DNA of 64,000 nucleotides. Origin: Gemmatimonadota bacterium. Lineage in GTDB: Bacteria > JBHIER01 > G020348925. The translations under genes were made by a program, and so were the position numbers. The stretch covers positions 824,469 to 888,468 of the forward strand of contig CP070758.1 in the NCBI GenBank assembly GCA_020348925.1, given 5' to 3'. The notes beneath the pieces were generated by a model. The model did no database searches. It was not told where the DNA came from and saw only the letters and a list, made by a program, of their open reading frames with translations. Of the stretch, positions 42,401-53,083 are shown one piece after another. Position 1 is the first letter of the stretch. Each line of letters starts with the position of its first letter.

Positions 42401-42571
42401 TCTTTTCAGGCCTCGGAACGGCTGAAGAAAGCCATTCAGGCAATGGAGCAGTATATCAAGGAGGAGACATTAGCGTTAACGATTGTTCCTGAGGAACGCG
42501 CAGGCATGTTTCGGAAGGAATGGGACATAGATGGTGAAAACGTCATCATAGGTGTAGAAAGAACACACTGA
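39437..42571 (+). CDS. ileS: Isoleucine--tRNA ligase (long, type 2 form)
   Basis: EGPPTANG, GWDTHGLP, WTTTPWTL, EGIDQTRGWFY, KMSKS. Confidence 0.97.
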   Translation: MFRDVTTHLDFPKLEKRILEFWEREGIFQKSLDQRADGEGFVFFEGPPTANGKPGVHHVQSRTFKDFVCRYKTMKGFQVLRKGGWDTHGLPVEIEVEKELGLKSKDQVIEYGIDRFNAKCKESVFRYEKEWREVTRRIGFWLDMEHAYITCTNDYIESVWWSLKQFWKDGKIYRGHKILPFCPRCGTPLSSHEVAQAYKDVTEPSVYVKMKLADEENTYFLVWTTTPWTLISNVALAVHPGSEYAKVKVGDEYWILAFSRLEVLDEKYEVVERCKGSALKGVRYEPLFTFSETDKSAFYVATADFVTMGEGTGIVHIAPAFGEDDYNLGKEYDLPIVQPVDERGAFTDEVTPWADRFVKDADAEIMEDLKGRNRLYKIVDYLHSYPHCWRCDTPLLYYARASWFIRTTAFKDRLIARNSEIHWYPREVGSGRFGDWLENNVDWALSRDRFWGTPLNIWICAQCGQEHSVESLKALRQLNPEVPEDLDLHRPFVDAVSFPCASCGGEMRRTPEVIDAWFDSGSMPFAQWHYPFENTEIFDENFPADFISEGIDQTRGWFYSLLTIAAFLFDKPCFKNCVVTELVLDKEGLKMSKSRGNVVDPWQVLETQGADPLRWYLMTVSPPWVPTCFDYEGVAEVTRKLFGTLMNVYSFFVLYANIDGFEPSEVTIAVADRPEIDRWITSRLHSMLKAVNEYLERYDITKAARLIQNFIIDDLSNWYVRRCRRRFWKSELNADKNSAYLTLYDVLVTTVKMLAPFAPFISEDIYQNIVRSISEKVSESIHLCQYPEADVGRIDVSLESRMGAVQSIVVLGRAARNRSGIKVRQPLPKVSVVYTGDGEQPDVGDMESLISEELNVKEIRFLAQKENLYVLKAKPNFKTLGPKFGGDVNTIAQAIKELAPEDVAQVKTAGSVSLPVQDQVIEIRLEDVEITSAEGEGCIIEEDGQFALSLDTLITEELRDEGYAREFVNRTQATRKHAGFNVTDRIHISFQASERLKKAIQAMEQYIKEETLALTIVPEERAGMFRKEWDIDGENVIIGVERTH

Positions 42572-42603
42572 AGAGCATTAGGATAGAAAGGAGCGATACA
42601 CTT

Positions 42604-42978
42604 ATGAACAAACGGGACCGAGAATTTTTCAGGAAATTGATACTGGAAAAGCGAGAGAAGCTCATGAAGGAGCTCGGTTACCTGGAGAATACCGTATTGA
42701 CTGCTACGACGAAGGAGTCCTCCGGTGATCTCTCTTCGTATTCTTTTCACATGGCCGATCAGGGTACTGATGCCGAGGAGCGCGAGAAGGCTTTTCTCTT
42801 GGCTTCCCGCGAAGGGCGCTATATATACCATCTCAACGAAGCCCTGAGACGTCTCGACGATGGGACCTATGGCAAATGTGCTGTGTGCGGATGTCAGATA
42901 AAGAAGGAACGTTTGAAGGCTGTTCCTCATGCTACGAAATGCATCACATGCAAGTCGAAAGAGGAGAGAGGCGAATAG
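42604..42978 (+). CDS. TraR/DksA C4-type zinc finger protein
   Basis: HMADQGTD, GTYGKCAVC...ERLKAVP...CITC. Confidence 0.92.
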   Translation: MNKRDREFFRKLILEKREKLMKELGYLENTVLTATTKESSGDLSSYSFHMADQGTDAEEREKAFLLASREGRYIYHLNEALRRLDDGTYGKCAVCGCQIKKERLKAVPHATKCITCKSKEERGE

Positions 42979-43036
42979 CATTACGGCAGAGTCCTTATAA
43001 TGATCACTTTTTTATGTTCGTAATGATGGGGGTCTT

Positions 43037-43510
43037 TTGTCAGAAAAAAGTCGATTCGGTGTGGTCCCTTGGGTTGCCTTTCTTCTGACCCTTGTATTGG
43101 ACCAGGCGACCAAGGTCTTTGTCCAGAACTCATTGCACCGGGGGGAATCGATTCAGGTTGTGGGTTCGTATGTTAAAATCACATACATCCATAACCCGAA
43201 AGGTGCTTTTGGATTACCGATTGGTGGAAAACTGTTTTTCGTCATCTTTTCCATTTTGGCGAGTCTCTTCATTCTGTACTACCTGTTTAAAATACCGAAA
43301 CAAAAAATATGGTCCAAAGGAGCATTGGCCCTTATTCTCGGGGGTGCTGTCGGCAATCTCATCGATCGATTCCGTTTGGGAGAGGTTATCGATTTTATAG
43401 ACGTGGGGGTTCGCGCCACACGCTGGCCGATCTTTAATGTAGCCGATAGCGCTGTCACGATCGGAGTGATCCTTCTCCTGTATGCGTTGCTGTTGAAGAA
43501 GGAGTCGTAG
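43037..43510 (+). CDS. lspA: Lipoprotein signal peptidase II
   Basis: DQATK, NPKGAFG, GAVGNLIDR, VIDF, FNVAD. Confidence 0.96.
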   Translation: MSEKSRFGVVPWVAFLLTLVLDQATKVFVQNSLHRGESIQVVGSYVKITYIHNPKGAFGLPIGGKLFFVIFSILASLFILYYLFKIPKQKIWSKGALALILGGAVGNLIDRFRLGEVIDFIDVGVRATRWPIFNVADSAVTIGVILLLYALLLKKES

Positions 43511-43511
43511 T

Positions 43512-44477
43512 ATGGAAAAAAGGCTGAAGGTGGTGGTTCCGAAAAAGGTAAAGCCGAAAAGAATTGATCTCTACCTTGTGGACTTCAAGAAGGGCATCTC
43601 AAGAAATCTCATACACAAACTGATCTCCGAGGCCCATATTACGGTCAACGGACTTCCAGTGAAAGCCCATCATCTCGTGAGACCTGGCGAGGAAATCGAA
43701 ATCTTCTTCCCTGAACCTGAGAAGCCGTCCATTGATCCGGAGGATATCCCTCTGGATATCTTCTATGAAGATGAGGCTTTATTGGTCGTCGATAAACCGG
43801 CGGGCATGGTTGTTCACCCTGGAGCGGGAAACTTCGCAGGTACTTTGGTCAATGCCCTTCTGCATCACTGCAATCACCTTTCAACCTTGGGTGGTCCATT
43901 GCGCATGGGTATTGTCCACCGTCTGGACAAAGATACATCGGGTTTATTAGTCGTAGCCAAAACAGACAGCGCTCATTTAAATTTAGCGCGGCAGTTGCAG
44001 TTTCGCACAGTAAGACGTCAATATCTTGCCATCGTCTGGGGTACTTTTGATGAACCGTGGGGTCGGATTGAAGTGCCAATAGGAAGGGATCGCATCGATC
44101 GGAAAAAGATGACTGTAGCTCCGATCTACGGTCGAATTGCTGCGACGAACTTCGATGTGTTGGAGCGGTTCGGATTATGTTCGTACATATCGTTGGAGCT
44201 TGAGACGGGTCGTACACATCAGATTCGGGTACACTTGGCCCATATCGACCATCCTGTCTTTGGTGATCCCCAATATGGAGGCCGCCGGAAGAAACTGGGC
44301 GGCTTGAGTCCGAAGAAGCGAGATCGGGCTGCGGAATTCCTCAGGTTGATGCCTCGTCAAGCACTCCACGCGGCAGGGCTCGGATTCGTCCATCCTGACA
44401 CCGGCAGGAAGATGGATTTCTGTTCCGACCTCCCTGACGACATGGCCAGCCTTTTGGCGACGCTTCGGGCCGGCTAA
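43512..44477 (+). CDS. rluD: RluA-family 23S rRNA pseudouridine synthase (RluD-like)
   Basis: S4 domain, KPAGMVVHP, HRLDKDTSG, GRTHQIRVH, RQALHA. Confidence 0.92.
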   Translation: MEKRLKVVVPKKVKPKRIDLYLVDFKKGISRNLIHKLISEAHITVNGLPVKAHHLVRPGEEIEIFFPEPEKPSIDPEDIPLDIFYEDEALLVVDKPAGMVVHPGAGNFAGTLVNALLHHCNHLSTLGGPLRMGIVHRLDKDTSGLLVVAKTDSAHLNLARQLQFRTVRRQYLAIVWGTFDEPWGRIEVPIGRDRIDRKKMTVAPIYGRIAATNFDVLERFGLCSYISLELETGRTHQIRVHLAHIDHPVFGDPQYGGRRKKLGGLSPKKRDRAAEFLRLMPRQALHAAGLGFVHPDTGRKMDFCSDLPDDMASLLATLRAG

Positions 44478-44697
44478 GCGCCTGAGCCCACTCCTCCTTT
44501 TCAACCGATAGATAAAAATATGACATGATAGAAGCGCGTCCCTGTTTCAATGTACTGACAATTAAAATCTTGGATCATTTGACCTCGAAAACCAAAGACG
44601 TAAGCGGAACGGGTGTATCTCAGTTTGCTGTGCACCACAGTTGTCTGCGAAAGAATCGAGAGAAAGAGTATTCCCAACACAAGGAGAGGCCCTATCA

Positions 44698-45831
44698 ATG
44701 AAAAAAGAGACGCAATGTGTTCACAGTGGGAGCTATCGGGACAGCCAGGAACGCGGCATCAATACGCCGATCTTCACTTCCTCCTCTTACGAATATTTGG
44801 ACAGGGAAGAGACGCCGTATCCTCGAAACTTCAATACGCCCAATCAGGATGCGGTCGTGCGCAAGGTGTGCGCCCTGGAAGGAGCAGAAAGCGGCGTTCT
44901 CTTCAGCTCCGGCATGGCGGCCATGAGCACTGCCATACTGGCCTTTGCCGTTTCCGGAGATCACGTGGTCATGCTGGACGAGTTGTACGGCGGAACCCAT
45001 GCCTTCGCCACGGATGCCTTCGAAAGATTGGGGATCGAGTATTCTTTCGTGGCCACGGATGCAAAATCGGTGTGCCAGGCCATCGCCCCTCATACCAAAG
45101 TGATTGTGATTGAATCGCCGACAAACCCGCTGTTACATGTTTTCGACATACGCGAAATAGCGAAGCGTGCCAGGGAGAAGGGTATAACGACGATTTTCGA
45201 CAACACCTTCGCATCCCCGGTGAACCAGAATCCTCTCAAGCTGGGGATAGACATCGTGGTTCACAGCGGCACCAAATACCTGGGCGGTCACAGTGACATC
45301 TGCAGCGGTGTCGCTGTCACTTCACGCGAAAGAGCGGAGCACATACGTGCCCTGGCAAAACATCTGGGCGGGAGTCTCAACGCCGTGACCTGCTACTTGC
45401 TGGAGCGAAGTCTCAAGACCTTGGCCCTGAGAGTGGATCGCCAGTCGGATAACGCGCTTCGGGTTGCGGAATTTCTTGAGACCGAGGAGAGGGTGTCGCG
45501 AGTGTACTATCCCGGATTGCCCGGCTTTCCCGGTCACGACATCGCTGCGTCACAGATGAAGGCATACGGAGGAATGCTGTCATTTGAATTGGACGAAGGG
45601 TTGGTCGACACGTCAACATTTCTGAGACGACTGCTGATTATCAAGCCCGCTGTGAGCTTGGGAGGTATTGAGTCAACCATTTGTGCTCCAGCGGTCACAT
45701 CGCATGCCAGGATTTCTGCCGAAGAGAGGAAACGAATCGGGATTACGAATTCCCTGCTGAGACTCTCGGTGGGAATCGAGCACGTGGACGATTTGATTGA
45801 CGATCTGGAACAGGCCATGCATACGAAGTAG
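44698..45831 (+). CDS. PLP-dependent trans-sulfuration enzyme (Cys/Met metabolism family)
   Basis: SSGMAA, ESPTNP, DNTF, HSGTKYLGGHSD, SLGG, RLSVGIE. Confidence 0.93.
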   Translation: MKKETQCVHSGSYRDSQERGINTPIFTSSSYEYLDREETPYPRNFNTPNQDAVVRKVCALEGAESGVLFSSGMAAMSTAILAFAVSGDHVVMLDELYGGTHAFATDAFERLGIEYSFVATDAKSVCQAIAPHTKVIVIESPTNPLLHVFDIREIAKRAREKGITTIFDNTFASPVNQNPLKLGIDIVVHSGTKYLGGHSDICSGVAVTSRERAEHIRALAKHLGGSLNAVTCYLLERSLKTLALRVDRQSDNALRVAEFLETEERVSRVYYPGLPGFPGHDIAASQMKAYGGMLSFELDEGLVDTSTFLRRLLIIKPAVSLGGIESTICAPAVTSHARISAEERKRIGITNSLLRLSVGIEHVDDLIDDLEQAMHTK

Positions 45832-45866
45832 GAATTGATGCCTATTGTATTGAGCATGTCAGGAGG

Positions 45867-46184
45867 ATGCAGATGATTGAATATAAAGTCGATTTTGATT
45901 CGATTCCGTGGGAATCGCCTATGACTGGGCTTCGTGCAAGAAAGAAGATACAAGAGAACAAACAATTGCGGCTCGTTGAGTACACGAAAGAAATGGAACC
46001 TCACTGGTGTGAAAAGGGACATATCGGGTACGTCCTGGACGGTCAATTCGAGATACAATTTGAAAAAAAAGTGATTGTCTTCAATCCGGGCGATGGTATT
46101 TTCATACCCTCAGGTCCTGAGCACAAACACATGGGCAGGGTTCTGTCGGATGTGGTGCGAGTCATATTTGTTGAGGATGTCTGA
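45867..46184 (+). CDS. Cupin domain protein
   Basis: HWCEKGHIGYVLDG...PGDGIFIP...HKH; RBS AGGAGG. Confidence 0.85.
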   Translation: MQMIEYKVDFDSIPWESPMTGLRARKKIQENKQLRLVEYTKEMEPHWCEKGHIGYVLDGQFEIQFEKKVIVFNPGDGIFIPSGPEHKHMGRVLSDVVRVIFVEDV

Positions 46185-46259
46185 CATAGATATGCACGTA
46201 ACGGAAATATGGGTCACTTCCTTTTGAACCCGAATAATATACGGAACAGGACAACAGTT

Positions 46260-46492
46260 GTCATTTCTGTCCCGCAACAAGTGCGGGATAAACTCCTGCA
46301 GAGCCTGCCCCGACTGTCTTGCGGGGAATCTCCACGAGCGGTGCAACGGACGTCTCTGTTCATGAGATTCCGGGAAGCTGGGGTGGATACACCCCATAAA
46401 CGTAAAAATGGTCATGATAGAGTGTTCGAAACCAGTATTCTTTAGCCTGGTTTATTCATGAGCTGTCATTCCGGCCCCCGTAATAGAATACG
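46260..46492. repeat. Cluster of palindromic REP/MITE-like repeats, last copy cut by the contig end
   Basis: TCCCGCA/TGCGGGA, CCCCG/CGGGG, GGAATCTC/GAGATTCC arms; GTCATT-starting copies at 46260 and 46465. Confidence 0.5.
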
Positions 46493-46592
46493 NNNNNNNN
46501 NNNNNNNNNNNNNNNNNNNNNNNNNNNNNNNNNNNNNNNNNNNNNNNNNNNNNNNNNNNNNNNNNNNNNNNNNNNNNNNNNNNNNNNNNNNN

Positions 46593-48968
46593 ATCACCGT
46601 TGCAGTCGCCGCGGCACTCGGCATCACCTGTCAGAGGAGTGATACCCAGGATGTGGTTGACCACGGCCAGCACGTCGAGCACGTCGGTGCCACCGTCGCC
46701 GTTGGCGTCCCCTCTCGTCCCCTCGCATGTACCGCCGCACAAGCCCGGCCAGGTGATGGTGGCCCGGATAGCAGCATCCTGATCCTCATCATCCACCGTA
46801 ATCTTCGACCATTCTCCATCCTCAAATTCGTAGGACGTTGACGGTGGATCAGGATCCGGAGCGTAGGAGACGCGAAGCGGATAGTCCGCGTCTTGGGAGA
46901 CAACCTCACCCCATGTCCAGAAGACACCGCTGTAACACCTCAGTTCTTCGTAGCCGGACAGGTCAGCACCGTACCAGTCCACCATGAAACGATACCCATC
47001 GGCCAAATCGGGGAGCAGGTCCTCCGGAACATTCACCAATATTGGCTCGATGAGATCAGGACCCGGCGTATCTTCAGTACCGGGGCCCATAACGTGGAGC
47101 CGCATCGTCCCTATGCCACTGGGATACTGATAGGCCGCCTCAACAATATTGAAGACGGGAATATCGGCCGGAGGTATGAACTTCATGGCCGGTCCTTCGC
47201 CCGTCTCCCAGGCCGCGATAGAGCGGATATTGTAATGAAGATCCATCAAAATCGCCTGGTTCGGCGGGGACACGTAGATCCACGATGAATACAGGCTGTC
47301 ATTGCGCGGCCATTGGTCCGGCAGGAACTGATAGGCCAGAACCCGATAGACGCCCGACTCCGCCGGCGTCCAATCAAAAGTGAAGGTCTGCTGCACACCG
47401 GCTGGCAGAAGTCCCTGAAAAGCCGTCGTCGGCGCCACAACCACCGTGTGGATCGAATCGCCGCCTAAAACCGTCCAGGATGAATCCTCCACCTGATAGA
47501 AGAAGAAAGCGTTGATGTCGCTCAGGCCAAAATTCTGCAGCAGCAGAGAGATGGTGGTCGTATACTGGGCCGTGTTCGGGAAGGGGATGAAAATATCTCG
47601 AATCCCGGCGTCTCGGTCAGGCGCGCCCCTGCCCTCGACCATGATATTGTCGATGTACATCCCCTCACCATTGCCGCAATCGTCGTTCATATCGGCCAAC
47701 GTCGTCCACCTGATTTTGATCTGACCGGCTTCTTTATAATCGGCCAGATCGAGGCTCCCACTGAAGAGGAGATCTTCATTGTGCTGTACCCAGAAGGGAC
47801 CTACCGCGCATCCTTCCTCGGTCGTGTCCGTAGCGAACTCATCAAAGCGCATATAATCGTAAGTCAGGTCGCTCCATTCGATACCGTCAGTGGTGACGTG
47901 CAGCTGGTAGTAATCATCCAAAGTGTTGTCATCGTCACCATCCGAATCAGGGGCATCGATGTAGACCCAGAAGGTGAGCCAGCAGAACAAATCCTGCAAA
48001 TCCAGCCACGGTGTCTCCACCCAGGCACTCCGAAGGTCCCAGTGTTCGTCGAGATCGATATGGAAAGAATGGGTCGGGGAATAGGATCTGTCCTCGGTCA
48101 ATTCCCAGAAGCTGCCCCGGGCAACATACCCCGGAATCAGATTCTGCTGATCGTCCGCATTGTCGAAAAAGAGGTTGATAGCCCCATCATCGACTGAGAA
48201 ATTATCGAGCATCACACCCCACACTTCAGGATGGGTCCCCTCACCGCAGTTCCCCGGCACGTCGTGCGTGGAGAAGCACTGGTCGGTCGCCATAACCGCC
48301 CTCAGGACAACCTCCCCCTGACCCACATAATCACTCAGGTCAAACTCCACATCGACCCAGCCGTGACTTGAATCGATAAAGCCGGGAACACCGCCGGGCA
48401 CAAAGATCCCGTGGAATGAATAGGGCCAGATCGTATCGTGGACCGTGTTGTACCCACCCACAGGCTCCACCCACTCGTTGAAGTTTGCTCCACCGTCGGT
48501 GGAAATCCACAGCGTCCAGCCGTCCCAATCCGGCGGTTCCTCTCCGGATGCCTCAAGGGTCCAATGGGCTTTCATTGTGGCCACCGGAGTGGCAGCTTCC
48601 CTGAAATCAAGGACCGGCGTTGAAAGAGTCTGAAATAACCAATCGGTGTAACCCAACAACCCATCCCGCTCCTCACCGCACCACCAGGCTTGCCCGTCGT
48701 AAGCCTCGGCCGGAAGCACATCCGTCGCGTGCCACTTGGTTCCCTGGTCCGTTCCGTCAACAGCCTGAAACCCCTGATCGCCACTCTCAAAGTCGAAAAA
48801 GTACACTGTTTCAACTTGAGTCGGTTCCCACAACTCCTTGGCAAAGGGTCGAGGTTCCCAGTCGGACGGGGCGCTCTTCGGGGCTTTTTTATCGACGGCT
48901 AACGCACCTTGTGATATTCCGAACAGAAAAACGATTGACAGTGAAAGAATGAAAAATTTCTGCTTCAC
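46593..48968 (-). CDS. Large secreted acidic protein with repeated beta-sandwich (MAM/immune inhibitor A-like) modules and dockerin (3' truncated)
   Basis: GTG start with GGGAGG RBS and signal peptide; FDLSDY/LDLADY..G...IDN repeats; RGDANGDGGTDVLDVLAVVNHILG dockerin. Confidence 0.8.
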
Positions 48969-49028
48969 TTTACCAACCCTCCCATTGAAAAATCCGTTCA
49001 AAAATTTCTACGCTTACCCCCCTCGTAA

Positions 49029-49066
49029 CAAACAAAAAGGCTTGTTACATACTATGTCACAAGCCT
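49029..49066 (-). terminator. Terminator-like hairpin in the leader of the 48968 gene
   Basis: AGGCTTGTGACA-TAGTA-TGTAACAAGCCT followed by TTTTGTTTG on the minus strand. Confidence 0.5.
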
Positions 49067-49302
49067 CCTCAATAAAGAAACATATAGATGATAACACCCC
49101 CCTTTACTTGAATTTTTTATGACCTCACACTACGACTCACGAAGGGCTCCTCTCCAAGCCCTTAACAAGGAATCAACGAAAGTGCGGTCCTCACCTCCTT
49201 TCGAATGGAAAATTACGATTATGAATCTCGATTACAAGTCTCACCCACTATTCATTGTGTTGAGCAGAGTATTAACAATAATCTTCTCAACCACAGGTAA
49301 AT

Positions 49303-49332
49303 AGTATAATAAAAATAATACCCATTTGTCAA
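49303..49332 (-). promoter_or_regulatory. Putative sigma70 promoter
   Basis: TTGACA-18 nt-TATACT on the minus strand. Confidence 0.55.
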
Positions 49333-49442
49333 GATTTTTTTCTGATTTGGACAGAAACAGTGGAAACTTTGTACGGCCTGAACCCGTTCGAGGAAATCGG
49401 GATTTTCACCACGAGAAATGACAGAAAAGTTCTTCATGAAAT

Positions 49443-49478
49443 AAAAACCGCTGGGCCTCACCGACCGAGGCCCAGCGG
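49443..49478 (-). terminator. Intrinsic terminator
   Basis: Perfect 12-bp stem CCGCTGGGCCTC/GAGGCCCAGCGG with a U-run on the minus strand. Confidence 0.85.
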
Positions 49479-49507
49479 CTCTCATAAAAAATTCACCAAG
49501 TGCTGTT

Positions 49508-49710
49508 TTACTTCATCAGCACCATCCGCCGCGTGGCACTGTACTCACCGGCATCCAGCCGATAGAAGTAGACGCCACTGGCCACATCACTCGCATCCCA
49601 CGTCACGCTGTAATGGCCCGGCTCAACGACTTTATCCACCAACGTCGCGAGCTCCTGGCCCAACACATTGTACACCTTCAGCGTCGTGTGCACATCCCCG
49701 GCCACCGAAT
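49508..49710 (-). CDS. C-terminal sorting domain of a secreted protein (5' truncated)
   Basis: VHTTLKVYNVLGQEL...ASGVYFYRL...TRRMVLMK. Confidence 0.85.
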
Positions 49711-49810
49711 NNNNNNNNNNNNNNNNNNNNNNNNNNNNNNNNNNNNNNNNNNNNNNNNNNNNNNNNNNNNNNNNNNNNNNNNNNNNNNNNNNNNNNNNNN
49801 NNNNNNNNNN

Positions 49811-52800
49811 AAATTTCAAACTCAGTGGGTGTCTCCAGATGATTTTTCAAGTAAAAATGGATCTCCTCCGAAACTCCGGAATCGCCTCTGACTGTCCAGA
49901 AATTTTGGCAGGCCACGTTGTTGTCATCCTCCGGCCAGCCCGTGGTGATGGAATCGTCGTCGGATTCCACTGTCACAAGATAGCTCCAATGCGGTTGTCC
50001 GAAGGTGTTCATCCCAGGCGGCGCGAACGGAAGCGGCCCGACGAGGACGGAATCGCCCGGCACAAGCACGTCCACGGTTTCGGAACCGATGTGTTGAAGG
50101 AAATCGTCCGGAACATGGGCCACCGCGCACGGCGTCTGGTAGTAAAAATTTACGAGTACATTTGTGGCAACAGCTTCACCAATATTCTTAATTGATGCTC
50201 GTAACTCACCAGCCCCCAATATAATGTGTGATCCCATCCAGTAGCGTACCGGCCGCGGCCAGTGGCAAATTTCGGGGTCAGGGGTACCCATGGAAAAGGC
50301 GATCGAGTATTGGCCGAAGCGGACCCGGTTGTGGCACTGAGAATAGGCGATCCGAAAATAGCCGCTCTCCCCCCAGGTAGTGTTCCAGCTGTTCTTGGCA
50401 ATGAAGCACTTTTTATTGTCGTCGTACCCGACAAGGGCGATGGCGTGGTTGCCCACCCAGGGTCCGAGAGTGTGACGGTAGATCCCGCTCTTGTAAAAGT
50501 AGAAATCAAAAAATACCCGCATGGTGGTGAAGAGGGGCCCCTTGAGCAGGGCCGACTTCAGAGCCGTGACGCTTACGGGCACTTGTTGGGCCTGGTAGCT
50601 CCAGCCGCGGACCCTCTTGACCCTGCTGCCCCAGTCGGTGCACCGGTTGTTGCAGGGTGTGTCGCAGGCGCAGTACCTGAAACAGGGTTCGTCCGGAGTG
50701 CCGGTCGTCTTCAGAAAGTCCGCCGTCTCGTCCGGATAGCCGCCGTCGCAGCCGTAGTTCGAATCGCTGCAGGAGACCATGAACTGTTCCGAGAGATCGA
50801 GCACACCTGACGTTGAACCCGAGATTTTGAGCATCGACTCCAGCGCGGCCACCCCGGCAAAGGCCCAACAACTCCCGCACTGGCCCTGATCTTTGATGGG
50901 GCTGACGTAGTTCGTCCCTCTCACATTGCGCCAGTCCCAGGTGGTGGGCAGGTCCTCCGTCCACTGCGGCTTGAATTGTCCTCCTTCATCCTCGGGCGGA
51001 AAGAGCAGGCCGCACAGCTCGCACTTCTGGGAGGAGGATAGGTTTGCCGTGGGGTTGGTCCCGGCTGTCCAGCTGTCCGTCCAGCCGGAGTCGGAGATGG
51101 CCGACTGAATCTCCGAGAGGCCGGGCTCGTCAAGGTGAAACCGGAAGGCGACACCACCGGTCGTCCGCTCGGACCCACCCCCATAAGAAATGTGTTCCCT
51201 GACGTGGAGCACTCCCCCTAAGGTGCATCTCCCCCCGAGCGTGACGGTGACCCTCACCGGAGCACTCGCGTGAGGATCAAGAGGAATCGATGTCCCCTCA
51301 GGTGGGTCCATGGTCACCTCCCACTCTTCGGGCAGTTGGGAGCGATCGACGATCAGTACGGCCTCAGCAGGGGTGTCCTCCGGGTTCTTCGCCAAAAAGT
51401 GGAGGGTCGGTGCCGGGTCGCTCTCCACAGATACATCCCAATGGCTCTTGCCGGCGACATTATTATCGTCCTCAGGCCAACCGTTGTCGACAGGATCTTC
51501 AGGACTTTCAACGGCGGCCACAATCGTCCAGTACGGCTGCCCGAAACCGTTCGAGTAAGGCGGTGTCCAGGCGACGGGTCCGATCTCGACCGAATCGCCG
51601 GGGGCCAGGGTCGGAACAGGAGCCGAGCCGATGAACCGGAGGTCCGGGTCGAAGAAATATTGAGAGGCAGTCGGATCGGTGTAATAGAAATTGACCACCG
51701 CACTCTCGGTCGGCACTGTGCCCCTGTTGTTCACCTGACAATAGAGACCGTCCTCACCCTGCCAAATATGGTCGCCAATCCACCATTCATCGTAACGCGG
51801 CCAGTGACAGATACTTGGGTCGACGATCAAGAGTGGCGAAAAACGGACCGAGACCGTGGCCATCCAATGGCCCCAGGGAATGACCACGTGTTTCTCCGTG
51901 CCGGGCCAGTTGTCGTGCACGATGGCCCAGTTCGTAAGGGGCAGAGGACCGCCATCGTCGGGGTCGTAGTTTCTGCAATAACCGACACCAGTGACGGCGT
52001 GGCCAACATCCTGGAGAGGATCCCACGTCTCCTCAGGATCGGTTGATCCGCCGGTTGAATCGCCCCACTCATAGAAATGAAGCGTATCGCCCAAGACGGA
52101 GTCGTACACGGCGATGCCGCTGTATATCGGGTTCCAGAAATTAAAACAGGCAATGACAGGATAACCGGAATCGATCTCCGCAGCATAGTAGCACCAGCCG
52201 AAGACGACCTCAGTGCTGTCGTCACACTCCCACTCGGTTTTATTGGAGTTTGGAGCGAAGGGGACAGGGTAGGTGTCGAAGATCGATCCACCCCATTCGG
52301 CGAAGTCCACAAGGCCGGATCCGATATCCGGTGTCATCGTTCCGGAAATGCCGCTGTTGGACCGGGCCGGGCTGCCGGTATTGTTTGTGTCCATGAACCA
52401 CCCTAATGAATCGGAGGCCACATTCCGAGCCCAGTTGTTCTGCAGCCCGGGTACCGAGCCCCGGACATTGGCCCAGTAATCGACGATATTGACGGCCGCC
52501 GTCGGAGCACACCAGTTGCTCCTGCCGGAGGCTGGCGGCTGATGTTCATCAGGGACATTCGGTATGAGCTTACACACGGCCGCCGATGCTGTCGGATGAA
52601 CCGAGACGACGGTGTTCCAGTTGGGCCGGGGAATAGCAAGGTTTGTGCCTGTTGTGCTCCGGTTGTCGATGGCTGTGGGATCATAATTGTCACGCATCTG
52701 CTGATCGGAGCCCGGTGTATTCTGGGACACTATACCGCGGCTATACTGGCTTGAAGTCTCCCAGCGGCTGTTTCCCTGCAAATTTGAATGGGATAGGGAC

Positions 52801-52883
52801 AGATGTTGGAGACCAAGAGCAAGTATGATGAAGATAGAGACATTGGTAATGATTGAGAAAATTCTGTCCTTCTTCACATCCAT
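49811..52883 (-). CDS. Secreted multi-domain cysteine protease: C39/C10-like domain, papain C1A domain and two CARDB-like repeats (3' truncated)
   Basis: WCAPTAA...GHAVTGVGY...VHDNW; QGQCGSCWAF...NHAI...KNSW; duplicated ICHWPR...GWPEDDNNVA module. Confidence 0.85.
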
Positions 52884-53083
52884 CACCTCCCTTATGGTTT
52901 ATGAAGAAGAGAAAATTTCGACCTCGGAACTGGATGATGCAATGAAGACGTGGAGGAATTTGTACGGTCACAATATATACAGGTTCCGGTCGAACTGCAA
53001 GTGTTTCGTTGGAAACGGAAATGACTGAGCGTGTCGTCTAAAAAAATGTGATACAGTTGTCGCAGCACCTTCTGTTTCAGGAT

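Noticed and set aside
46452-46592. C-terminus YSITGAGMTAHE of the 849-aa ORF
   Set aside because: It is the translated palindromic repeat from a different contig end.
49632-52886. Protease ORF continuing across the gap
   Set aside because: The post-gap part is out of frame. The 49508 sorting domain may belong to this gene, but that cannot be shown.
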